This document shows positions 1 through 8,488 of a stretch of DNA of 48,304 nt, one piece after another. Made by a program: the position numbers and the translations under genes. Position 1 is the stretch's first letter, and every line of letters starts with the position of its first letter. Under the pieces are notes generated by a model, which saw nothing but the letters and a program-made list of their open reading frames with translations, was not told where the DNA came from and ran no database searches. Source of the stretch: Myxococcales bacterium (GTDB lineage Bacteria; Myxococcota_A; Polyangia; Polyangiales; Polyangiaceae); assembly GCA_043747615.1 (NCBI GenBank), contig JAYTOU010000048.1, forward strand, positions 1-48,304. Reading direction: 5' to 3'.

Positions 1-465
1 AACCTCGACAGCCAGACGCTCGTCGCCTTCGAGGGAGACAAGCCCGTCTACGTGACCCTCACGTCCACCGGCAAGAAGGACAAGGAAGGCGACAAAGAAA
101 AAGATCACCGCACCAAGCCGGGCGAGTTTCGCATCCGCGAAAAACACATCGCCGCGACGATGGACGGCGACGTCGCCACCGACGGTCCTTACTCGATCGA
201 AGACGTCCCGTGGATCATGTACTTCAACGCCAGCATCGCTCTCCACGGCGCCTTCTGGCACGCCAACTTCGGTCACATCCAGAGCCACGGATGCGTGAAC
301 CTTGCCCCGCTGGACGCGCGCGCGATGTTCGGCTGGACGGAGCCACAGCTTCCCGAAGGCTGGCACGGCGTGATGAGCACTCCGCAAAAGCCGGGTACGC
401 GCGTCGTCGTCCACGAGACGTGGGATCCGAACGATCCGCTCTCGATCAAGCCCATCCCGCACTGA
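1..465 (+). CDS. L,D-transpeptidase (YkuD family), 5'-truncated by the window edge
   Basis: Frame open from base 1 (NLDSQTLVAFEGDKPVYVTLTSTGK); catalytic signature ALHGAFWH...SHGCVNL. Confidence 0.9.
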   Translation, partial: NLDSQTLVAFEGDKPVYVTLTSTGKKDKEGDKEKDHRTKPGEFRIREKHIAATMDGDVATDGPYSIEDVPWIMYFNASIALHGAFWHANFGHIQSHGCVNLAPLDARAMFGWTEPQLPEGWHGVMSTPQKPGTRVVVHETWDPNDPLSIKPIPH

Positions 466-477
466 CCTGCGCGCGCG

Positions 478-510
478 TCAAAAAAAGCAAAACCTCAAAA
501 AAAGCAAAAA
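478..510. repeat. 17-bp-period tandem repeat of TC(A7)GC(A4)
   Basis: tcaaaaaaagcaaaa at 478-492 and 495-509; A-tracts are conspicuous in this GC-rich sequence. Confidence 0.7.
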
Positions 511-541
511 CAGCAAGGAGCGGTGCCCCACCCCGCCGCCG

Positions 542-887
542 CTACGCAGCGTCGACCCTCGCGTACGCCGTCGCGTCGAGCGACGTCGGCGTTGGTCCGA
601 GAAAGAAATCTTTCGCGCCCAAGAACTCCGAAAGCACCGTGAGATCCGCCTTCCCGAGCGCGTAGATCTCGTCCGGGGTGTGCCTTCCCATCCCTTGGCT
701 AGCAAGCGCGCCGCGCATCCGTCTGCGCACGAAATGCGAAACGACGGCGCGAAGCGGGGCCGGGATGCTTCCAAAGACGGGCGCGCTCACCGCCGCCCGT
801 CATGCGCAGGTAGTTCTCCACCTTCATGCAGAACGGGCTCGCGTTCGGCAGCCATGGCGGCGGCGCGAACTGATGAAGAACAATCAC
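542..887 (-). pseudogene. Decayed metaxin/FAX-like glutathione S-transferase family gene
   Basis: GTG at 887 gives MIVLHQFAPPPWLPNASPFCMKVENYLRM (SPFCxKxExxLR N-terminus). A second frame gives QGMGRHTPDEIYALGKADLTVLSEFLGAKDFFLGPTPTSLDATAYA (GST C-domain). The middle is missing, the frame shifts near 790 and there is an early stop at 542-544. Confidence 0.75.
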
Positions 888-1582
888 TGCGTGCTCACCG
901 CAGCAATGACGGTCGGCGGCGGCGCGATCGACCTGCGAGGCCTGGGCTTCGCCTTCGCGGTCTTCACGAAGAGCGCGTCGTGGAGCCCCTTCGCGCCCTG
1001 GCTGTCGGCGAACGCCGCGCCGAGCTTGAGCGCCGCGAACGTCGTCTCCCACGCCTGCGCGGCTCCGTCTCGGACGGCAATAGCGGCCTTGCGCGCGCCA
1101 AGAAGCCGCGGAAGCTCCTTGATGCCTGCCTCCACCTCCTTCGCCGTCTTGTCGAGGAGCGCGGCTGCGGCGAGGGCCCCCTTCGACATCCCCTTCCCCC
1201 TCTTCACCGCGCTCGCCAGACGCCGCGCCTCCTTCGCCTCGGCGCCGTAGCCCATGGTCTGGATGGTGGACGGAGCGGCGAACCCGAGGGGCTTGAAGGG
1301 ATTGGCCTTCGGCGAGCCCGACGCGATGAGCTGCCGCGCGAGCGCATCGACCGCGAGGTCCTGCGTGGCGTCGCGCATCCCCACCACCTCTTGTTGCTTG
1401 CGCACGCTCTCGTCCGCTCTCACCACCCGCGCATCGGCCGCCGCGAACGCGTTGTGCGCGCTCGTAAACGCCTTTAGCGGCTTGGCGATCGGCGCGCTTG
1501 CGACGGACTTTGCGGCATTGAGAACGATGTTTCCCGTTTCGATGCGCCCGGACGGATTGTGAACCGCTTGAAGGGTGGTCAT
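884..1582 (-). CDS. Hypothetical Ala/Lys-rich helical protein (~232 aa)
   Basis: Start chosen at ATG 1582 (MTTLQAVHNPSG); stop overlaps the GST-remnant start (GTGA); no recognisable motif. Confidence 0.65.
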   Translation of the reverse strand: MTTLQAVHNPSGRIETGNIVLNAAKSVASAPIAKPLKAFTSAHNAFAAADARVVRADESVRKQQEVVGMRDATQDLAVDALARQLIASGSPKANPFKPLGFAAPSTIQTMGYGAEAKEARRLASAVKRGKGMSKGALAAAALLDKTAKEVEAGIKELPRLLGARKAAIAVRDGAAQAWETTFAALKLGAAFADSQGAKGLHDALFVKTAKAKPRPRRSIAPPPTVIAAVSTQ

Positions 1583-1794
1583 GGCTGCGAGGAAAGCGCT
1601 GTTGGAGGATGCGAGGCAAGTCGAAAGAGACGCGGGCGCGTGAACGCTCCGTGCGATCGCGCAGGCCGGACTCTGGGGAGCGTGATCGAAAGGTAAAATA
1701 ACGCGGATAAATCGAAACCGCAGACGCGCGCCTCGCCCACACAACTTGACGTCGCGCCCTATGTACGGTCAGAAGGCGTCTGCAGAAAGGCGAA

Positions 1795-2865
1795 ATGGAC
1801 CAACTTTCGGCACATCTCGATCGTGGTTGGGACCTCGCCCAAAAAGGGGACGCGGCAGGAGCGATCGCGTGCGCAAGGCGAGCGCTGGAGCTCGATCCGC
1901 AGTCACCTGAGGTGCACAACCTTCTCGGCTTCACGACCGCGCTCGCGGGCGAGTCCGAAGAAGCGCTCGAGCATTACCGGCAGGCCATTGCCCTCGACGA
2001 GACGTACCTCGAAGCGATGCTGAACGCCGCCGAGGTGCTGATGCATCCGCTCGGGGAGTGGGACGAAGCCGTGGACCTCTGCGACGATGCGCTCGAGTAC
2101 GCGGAAACGCCCGAGGAGATCGCGGACTGCGTTCTTCTCAAAGTGGACGCCCTGATGGGAAAGGGCAACGTCGAGGAGGCAGCAAAAGCCATGGCCATCA
2201 TTCCGGACGGTCCCTTCGAGAATCCCAGCTACGCGTTTCTGATGGGGCGGGCGTACTACGAAGTCGGCGAGATCGAAAAAGCAGCGCCTCTCATCGAGGA
2301 GGCCGCCACGAAGGATCCCTCGTTCGCCGATGCGCACTACTACCTCGGCCTCGTGCGCGACGAGCGCGGCGACTTGCGCGGAGCAACCGAAGCGTTTCTC
2401 CGGGCGCGCGCGCTCGACGTGACCCGCCCTCCCCCGCCGTGGACTCCGACGCCCGAGGTGTTTGGCGCGCTCGTCCGCACGGTGATCGGAAAGCTGGACG
2501 CGCTCCTCGCGCGCTACGTACGCGAAGCCGACGTGTACGTGGTCGACACGCCGGGCGCCGAGCTCGTGGTCGACGGCGTCGATCCGCGCGCGCTCATGAT
2601 CCTCGACTCCCCGCCCCCGGGGCTCCTCGACGATGACGGCGTCTCCCCTGCGGCGCGCAAAAACGCGGGGCTCGTCGAGTCGCTCATCGGCCCGCCTGGC
2701 CGCCTCCGCATCTTCGTCTACCAGCGCAACGTCGAGCGCGCGGCCGGAAGCCTCGAGGCCATGGAGGAAGAGCTCTTGCACACGCTCGAGCGTGAGGTCA
2801 CCGCCGTGTTCCTCGAAAAAGATCCGGGGCTCACGCCGGAGAAGAACAAGCACAGCCTCAACTAA
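1795..2865 (+). CDS. TPR protein with C-terminal degenerate minimal-zincin-like domain
   Basis: Multiple TPRs (ALELDPQSPEVHNLLG; DPSFADAHYYLG); C-terminus VYVVDTP...IFVYQRNVER resembles Zincin_1 but has no HExxH. Confidence 0.8.
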   Translation: MDQLSAHLDRGWDLAQKGDAAGAIACARRALELDPQSPEVHNLLGFTTALAGESEEALEHYRQAIALDETYLEAMLNAAEVLMHPLGEWDEAVDLCDDALEYAETPEEIADCVLLKVDALMGKGNVEEAAKAMAIIPDGPFENPSYAFLMGRAYYEVGEIEKAAPLIEEAATKDPSFADAHYYLGLVRDERGDLRGATEAFLRARALDVTRPPPPWTPTPEVFGALVRTVIGKLDALLARYVREADVYVVDTPGAELVVDGVDPRALMILDSPPPGLLDDDGVSPAARKNAGLVESLIGPPGRLRIFVYQRNVERAAGSLEAMEEELLHTLEREVTAVFLEKDPGLTPEKNKHSLN

Positions 2866-3440
2866 CGGCGTGCTCCCAAGATCATGCGCACGAGCGGCTC
2901 GGCGTCGACTTTTGCGGTGGAGAGCAGCGCATCGAGGAGGCGCTTTCCAACCCGTGCGAGCTCGAGGAGCTGACCAATGCGCTCGCGCTGGAACTCGATC
3001 CGCGCGCGCGTCTTCGCGTCCGGGATCTGCTCGCGCATATTGTCGAGGAGCACGAGCGCCTCTTCGAACGCTTCGATCGCCGCGATGATCTCGCCCTTCT
3101 CGCGCTCGTTGAAGACGCGCGAGATCATGCGCCAAAGCTGCACCTCGGCCGCGTAAAAATCCTTGCGCTCCCCTTGCACCCAGACCTTACGCACGATGCC
3201 CCAGCGCGACAGTTCGCTCAGAGTCATGCTCACCGCACCACTCGACAGCTTGAGCAAATGCCGCAGATCCTCGGCGCTGAGCGGTTCGGGCGACAGATAA
3301 AGGATCGCCCAGATGCGGCCCATGTTGCGCTTGAATCCCCAGAACTCGATGAGACGACCGACGACGTCGCTCACCGCAATTTCGTTGGCCCACAGTCCGC
3401 GAGTTCCCTTCAGCACGGCGTTCTCGAGCCTCTGCTTCAC
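2862..3440 (-). CDS. GbsR/MarR-family transcriptional regulator
   Basis: WGFKRNMGRIWAILYLSPEPLSAEDL...LSSGAVSMTLSELSRWG...GERKDFY wHTH pattern; GTG 3440 overlaps the upstream stop (GTGA). Confidence 0.85.
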   Translation of the reverse strand: MKQRLENAVLKGTRGLWANEIAVSDVVGRLIEFWGFKRNMGRIWAILYLSPEPLSAEDLRHLLKLSSGAVSMTLSELSRWGIVRKVWVQGERKDFYAAEVQLWRMISRVFNEREKGEIIAAIEAFEEALVLLDNMREQIPDAKTRARIEFQRERIGQLLELARVGKRLLDALLSTAKVDAEPLVRMILGARR

Positions 3441-4468
3441 GCGAGACGGGACGCGAGATCTTCGGCGACGCACCCGAGGAGATCGCGCGCTGCACACGCA
3501 GGCACTGAGACGAGGGACCGGAGGGCGTCGGCGGTGTGCTTTCGAGCGAGAGACGCGACCTCATCGCACGCGTTCGATTCATGCACCGCAGCGACGATGG
3601 CCCCGGCGGCCGATTCGTCCCCCGCGCGAACGCGATCGAGATCTCCTGCGAGCGAGGGGCGCCGCGCGATCGCGAGGATGAGCGGCAGCGTCAGCTTCCC
3701 CTCGAGCACATCGGTGTAGAGCGCTTTTCCGGTGGCCTGGCGATCGCCGGCGTAGTCGAGGGCGTCGTCGATGAGCTGAAACGCCATCCCGAGATGCCCG
3801 CCGAACTCGCCGAGCGTGGTGACCGCCGACGGGGATGCCCCCGCGATTCGCGCCCCGGCCCGCGTCGCCCACACGAACAGCGATGCGGTCTTGTCGCGCA
3901 AGATCCGGAAATACGTTGCCTCGGTGACATCTAGACATGTCCGTCCGCGAAGCTGCACCACCTCTCCGTCGACGAGCTGGCGCAGCGTAGCGAAGAGCTC
4001 GGCGAGCACCGGCGGGGGCGCCACCTTGCTCGTGCGCTCGAGGGCATGGGTAAGGAGGAGATCGCCGGCAAGGACGCTCACCGCGTTTCCCCAGAGGCGC
4101 CGCGCGGTCGGTTTTCCGCGGCGATCGTCGCTGTCGTCGACCACGTCGTCGTGGAGCAGCGTCGCCAGGTGGACGAGCTCCGCCACCACCGCGAGCTCTC
4201 GCGCCGACGCCGAGATCGGTCCGAAGCACGCCGCTGAAAGAAGCACAGCCATCGGCCGCACGCGTTTTCCTCCGGCCTCGAGGAGATGAACCGCCGAGTC
4301 CGTGGACGGTGAGAGGCCTTCGCGGGCGCTCGCGGCAAGCTCGCGTTCCACCCACGCCATGTCGGTCACGAGGAGCGAAGCCACATCGGCCAGGCGCCGT
4401 GTCGTCCTTCCTTCGACGCGATCTCCGGCGGCATCGCGGAGGAGTGCGACCGCCCTATCGGTCTCCAT
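3437..4468 (-). CDS. Polyprenyl (octaprenyl/heptaprenyl) diphosphate synthase
   Basis: GGKRVRP, first Asp-rich motif LHDDVVDDSDDRRG, KTA, second motif FQLIDDALD, EGKLTLP; ATG 4468 preceded by GAAAGGTG SD. Confidence 0.92.
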   Translation of the reverse strand: METDRAVALLRDAAGDRVEGRTTRRLADVASLLVTDMAWVERELAASAREGLSPSTDSAVHLLEAGGKRVRPMAVLLSAACFGPISASARELAVVAELVHLATLLHDDVVDDSDDRRGKPTARRLWGNAVSVLAGDLLLTHALERTSKVAPPPVLAELFATLRQLVDGEVVQLRGRTCLDVTEATYFRILRDKTASLFVWATRAGARIAGASPSAVTTLGEFGGHLGMAFQLIDDALDYAGDRQATGKALYTDVLEGKLTLPLILAIARRPSLAGDLDRVRAGDESAAGAIVAAVHESNACDEVASLARKHTADALRSLVSVPACAARDLLGCVAEDLASRLA

Positions 4469-4488
4469 CGTCTGCACCTTTCGTTAGT

Positions 4489-4504
4489 TTCAAAAGTATT
4501 TGAA
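4489..4504. promoter_or_regulatory. Palindromic operator candidate TTCAAA-AGTA-TTTGAA
   Basis: Perfect 6-4-6 inverted repeat directly downstream of the predicted -10 of the polyprenyl synthase-GbsR operon. Confidence 0.65.
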
Positions 4505-4532
4505 TTATGTGGTCGGAAGCAACTCAGGTCAA
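4504..4532 (-). promoter_or_regulatory. Sigma70-type promoter TTGACC-N17-CATAAT
   Basis: Minus strand -35 TTGACC (4532-4527), 17-nt spacer, -10 CATAAT (4509-4504). Confidence 0.7.
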
Positions 4533-4675
4533 CGACGTGCGACAGGGATTGCGCAGCTCGCAACAGGTTGCGGAGTAGGGGAATGGGCGCTTTCGCGAAT
4601 TTAAAGCCTGATCCGTGTTGGCCAAAACCTTGCTCTGTTCTCAGGCGTCGCGACTACGCTTTACGGAGGCCCCCC

Positions 4676-5293
4676 ATGCCGGTGCTGCGTTGCTTGTTGG
4701 CGATTCCCTTTGGAATCATCGTCGCTGCGTGTAGCGGGTCGTTCGCTGTCGTCGGGGACGTACCCGATTCCGCGGCGGGCGATGACGCCAACTCCGATGG
4801 CGCCGCCGCCGACTCGGGTGGCAACGCCGACACGAGCACGTCGACGGATACGGGCACTGGGTCAGACACCATGAGTGGCGCGCACGACGCCGGAACGAGC
4901 AACGACGGCGCGATGACCGTGGTCGGGAACGACGGCGGCGGATGTCCGAACGTGATGGGCGGCTACGGAATGCTCACCGCAACGGGAGGCGGCTGCGGCA
5001 CGCTCAGCACCACGGCAAAGCAGTGCATCCGGCATCCGATCAACCTGAACGCCTGCCAGATTCAGTTCCTCTCCGAAGTGCCCAATCCGCCGCGCGCCGT
5101 GAACGGTCCGCTCGGTGGCGTGGTTCTGAAGCCGGACGGCACGTTCGATCCCGTGACTCTCTTGCTCGACACCAGCACCCGCAGCAACTGCAGCGGCGTG
5201 TGGGACGAGGCCATGCAGACGATGACGGTGACGTGCGCAAGCGGAGGCGGCTGCGTGATCACGATGGTGAAGACGAGTGCAACGTGTCCTTGA
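4676..5293 (+). CDS. Hypothetical Cys-rich lipoprotein
   Basis: Lipobox IVAAC, low-complexity D/G/S/T linker, small Cys-rich C-terminal domain; GGAGG SD before ATG 4676. Confidence 0.75.
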   Translation: MPVLRCLLAIPFGIIVAACSGSFAVVGDVPDSAAGDDANSDGAAADSGGNADTSTSTDTGTGSDTMSGAHDAGTSNDGAMTVVGNDGGGCPNVMGGYGMLTATGGGCGTLSTTAKQCIRHPINLNACQIQFLSEVPNPPRAVNGPLGGVVLKPDGTFDPVTLLLDTSTRSNCSGVWDEAMQTMTVTCASGGGCVITMVKTSATCP

Positions 5294-5326
5294 GCGCTTC
5301 GAACGGGGACGAGCCCGTCTAGGCGC

Positions 5327-5947
5327 TCAGGCGCCGCCGCTGATCGCGAGCGTTTGACCGGTGATCGTGCGGCCGGCGTCCGAGCACAAGTAGACGACGT
5401 ACTCGGCCACGTCTTCGGGCTCGATCGCCTGGCCCGGGCACACCGCGTTGCAGGTGATCTTGCGCGGACCGAGGTCGACGGCGAGTGAGCGAACGAGAGC
5501 GGCCACTGCGTCCTTCGCGAAACCCTCCGAGATGGCGATCATTCGCCCGGCGTCGTTCATCGCGGGCGTCGCGGCGTGAAACGTGTAATATACACCCATC
5601 AGATTCGTCTCCAGAATCGCCTTTGCGCCCGGCAGATCGCCGAGGTCGACGCGCCCGGTCTGCCGCGCGTTGGCGATGACGAGGTCGAGTCCGCCGAACG
5701 TGTCGAGCGCCTTCTTTGCGGCGGCGTGGAGATGCTCCGGATCGCGCACGTCGCCGGGGAGGTGTCGTCCCTTGGCTCCGGCGTTGGCGATCTCGCCGAC
5801 CACTTCGGCGATGGCGCGCTCCTCGCGACCCGTGACGAGGACATGCACCCCGCGGGCGGCGAGGGCGAGGGCGATGGCCCGGCCGATCCCCTTGCCGCCC
5901 CCCGTGACGAGCGCCACCTTTCCCGTCAGCGACGATGTCTGTGTCAT
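5327..5947 (-). CDS. Short-chain dehydrogenase/reductase, atypical and shortened
   Basis: TGGGKGIG Rossmann motif, LDLVIANA, ITCNAVCPG, ITGQTLAISGG; canonical YxxxK absent. Confidence 0.8.
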   Translation of the reverse strand: MTQTSSLTGKVALVTGGGKGIGRAIALALAARGVHVLVTGREERAIAEVVGEIANAGAKGRHLPGDVRDPEHLHAAAKKALDTFGGLDLVIANARQTGRVDLGDLPGAKAILETNLMGVYYTFHAATPAMNDAGRMIAISEGFAKDAVAALVRSLAVDLGPRKITCNAVCPGQAIEPEDVAEYVVYLCSDAGRTITGQTLAISGGA

Positions 5948-5976
5948 GCGGAAACTGGTAGCGTCAACGCCGCCCC

Positions 5977-6435
5977 ATGTCCCTCGAAGAAACGCAGCGC
6001 CGGCAACTTCGTGGCAAACGCATCGTCCTGACGACGTTCCTCGGGCTCACGACGATCTTCGTTCTGTCGAGTACGTGGCAGTTGATGATCGGCACCTTCG
6101 GTATGGGAACGAAGCCTCTCAGCGTGGAGCTCGACCCTGACGCAACGGCCTGCGCGGATGGTGTGCGGCGGCTGGCGGGGGCGCTCGATCGCGGAATGGC
6201 CAAGGCTTCGGCGGCGGACTCGGAGAGGAGCGCCCTACTCGCGTTTGAAGGGAGCCTCGCTCCGGAGTGGGACGAGGAGAAGGCGGTGGCGGCGCAGTGC
6301 GAATCGCGTCCCCGCGGCCGAGATGCCTTTTCGGCGGTTCTGCGGCTTCGGCGCACGGAAGAAGGCTTCGTACGGCGGCAGGTGGTGGAAATAGCGCCGG
6401 TCCGACGCGACGTTCAGGCCTATTTGCCACGCTAA
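5977..6435 (+). CDS. Hypothetical membrane-anchored protein
   Basis: N-terminal hydrophobic segment, helical C-terminus with two Cys; co-oriented with the helicase. Confidence 0.65.
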   Translation: MSLEETQRRQLRGKRIVLTTFLGLTTIFVLSSTWQLMIGTFGMGTKPLSVELDPDATACADGVRRLAGALDRGMAKASAADSERSALLAFEGSLAPEWDEEKAVAAQCESRPRGRDAFSAVLRLRRTEEGFVRRQVVEIAPVRRDVQAYLPR

Positions 6436-6467
6436 AGGCGAAAAGAAGGGTAAGACAGCCCCTAGAA

Positions 6468-8429
6468 ATGACCGAGCCTTTACCTTCGCCCCCGCCCCCG
6501 CCCACCTTCGACTCTATTCCGCTCAGCGCGGACATTCGTAAGGCCATCGACGCCCTCGGCTACACCCACCCGACGCCGGTGCAGCGCGCCGTCTTCGAGC
6601 CGGCCGTGCGCGGAAAGAATCTGGTCGTGCAGGCCCGAACGGGGACGGGAAAGACCGCCGCATTCGGGCTCCCGATCATCGATCAGCTGGTGCGCCGCAA
6701 CGTCGACAAGGTGCAGGCCCTCGTCCTCACCCCGACGCGCGAGCTCGCGCTGCAGGTTGCTCGAGAGCTGACTCAGATCGCCCAGTTCCGGGGCACGCAG
6801 GTGACCGCGATTTACGGCGGCGCCCCGATGGGAAAGCAGATCGAGGCACTCCAGGGGGGCGCGCAAGTCGTCGTCGGAACGCCCGGCCGGGTGCTCGATC
6901 ACCTCCGGCGCAAGACCCTCGATCCCTCGAACGTGCGCATCTTCGTCCTCGACGAAGCAGACGAGATGCTCTCCATGGGCTTCGCGAAAGAGCTACACGC
7001 CATCGCAGAGACGCTGCCGAAAGAGCGTCAGGGGCTCTTCTTCAGCGCGACCATTCCGCCGGACATCGAGCGCCTCGCGATCGCCCAACTCCGTGATCCG
7101 GAGTTCGTCACCCTCTCGAGCGACCAGGTGGGCGCGCAATCGATAGCTCACTTCGTGTACGTCCTCGGCGCGGGCGACAAGCGTAAGGCGCTGGTTCGTA
7201 TCATCGAGGTCGAGGACCCCGAGAGTGCGCTCATCTTTTGCAACACGAAAGACGAGACGGAGCGCACCGCCGAAGCCCTGCAGAATTCAGGGTTCGATGC
7301 GGAATGGTTGAACGGCGATCTCGAGCAAAAAGAGCGCGAGCGCATCATGCAAAAAACGCGGGAGGGGAAGCTCCGGTTTCTCGTCGCCACCGACGTCGCG
7401 GCCCGCGGGATTGATCTCTCTCACCTTACCCACGTCATCAACGCAGACTTCCCGGAATCGGCCGAAGCGTATGTGCACCGCACCGGACGAACCGGTCGCG
7501 CAGGGCGAACCGGGACGGCGATTTCGCTCGTTCATCCGAAGGATGTTGGCCACCTCTACATCCTTCGTCTGACCTACAAGATCCGACCGATCGAGAAGCA
7601 GCTGCCGTCGGATCAGGAGCTCAAGACGCGAGGTGAGCACGATCTCGTCACGATGTTCGCGGAGGCCTTCAAGGGCGATGCGCATCCCGATGACCTCGCG
7701 CTCGCTCGACGCCTCCTCACCCACCCGGATTCCGAGGCGATCATTGCCGGCCTCCTCCGCACGAACCTCGGGGCACGCGCCGCCGAAGGTGTGAACCCCA
7801 AGACCGAGGCCGCCGAGGCCAGACGCGCGAAAAATCCGCCGCCGGTTCTCGCGCCCGTCGCGATCTACCGCGCACAGGCCGAGGCCGTCACCGCTCCCCC
7901 TCCGCGAATCGCCGAAGGCCCCGCGCCACGTGAGCCCCGAAGGCCGGAGCGAGCGCCCCGTCGTGGTGAGAAAACCAGGGTTCCGCACGCGTCGTTTACG
8001 AACTGGGAGCCGCCGAGCGAGAAGGACGACGATCAGCCCATCCTCTCCGTGGTCGATCCGCCTCTTCCAAAATTCGAAGTGGCGTCGGTGCGTGCCGATA
8101 TCGTCATACCGCCGATCGCGATGCCACGTCCGTCGCCGCCCACCAGGGCGAATGACGCTCCGGACGCACCCGAAGATGAGCCGGGGTTCGCGCAAATTTT
8201 CGTCAACGTCGGGCGGCGCGATGGCGCAAAGGCGAGCGACATTCAGCGTCTCCTCACCGAGGGCGCCGGGATCTCGCGCAACGACACCGGTCGGATCCGC
8301 GTTCGCGATCGAAACACCTTCGTCAGCATCCGCAAGGAAGCGGTCGAAAAGGCCATCGCCGCCCTCGCCGGTCAGGTGGTCGGGGGTCGAAGCATCATTG
8401 CTGAGCTTGCCCGCGAGCGTGTCGTTTGA
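6468..8429 (+). CDS. DEAD-box RNA helicase with C-terminal DbpA-type RNA-binding domain (DeaD/CsdA-like)
   Basis: Q motif PTPVQ, TGTGKT, PTRELA, DEAD, SAT, HRTGRTGR; C-terminal IFVNVGRRDG...GRIRVRDRNTFV. Confidence 0.93.
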   Translation: MTEPLPSPPPPPTFDSIPLSADIRKAIDALGYTHPTPVQRAVFEPAVRGKNLVVQARTGTGKTAAFGLPIIDQLVRRNVDKVQALVLTPTRELALQVARELTQIAQFRGTQVTAIYGGAPMGKQIEALQGGAQVVVGTPGRVLDHLRRKTLDPSNVRIFVLDEADEMLSMGFAKELHAIAETLPKERQGLFFSATIPPDIERLAIAQLRDPEFVTLSSDQVGAQSIAHFVYVLGAGDKRKALVRIIEVEDPESALIFCNTKDETERTAEALQNSGFDAEWLNGDLEQKERERIMQKTREGKLRFLVATDVAARGIDLSHLTHVINADFPESAEAYVHRTGRTGRAGRTGTAISLVHPKDVGHLYILRLTYKIRPIEKQLPSDQELKTRGEHDLVTMFAEAFKGDAHPDDLALARRLLTHPDSEAIIAGLLRTNLGARAAEGVNPKTEAAEARRAKNPPPVLAPVAIYRAQAEAVTAPPPRIAEGPAPREPRRPERAPRRGEKTRVPHASFTNWEPPSEKDDDQPILSVVDPPLPKFEVASVRADIVIPPIAMPRPSPPTRANDAPDAPEDEPGFAQIFVNVGRRDGAKASDIQRLLTEGAGISRNDTGRIRVRDRNTFVSIRKEAVEKAIAALAGQVVGGRSIIAELARERVV

Positions 8430-8488
8430 CGAGTGCGCTGATACCTACATTGAGGAACGTGGCGCTCGTAACGTAAAGTTCCGACATC

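Noticed and set aside
699..887. Programmed frameshift joining the two GST fragments
   Set aside because: No slippery site, and a large part of the domain is missing, so recoding could not restore the protein.
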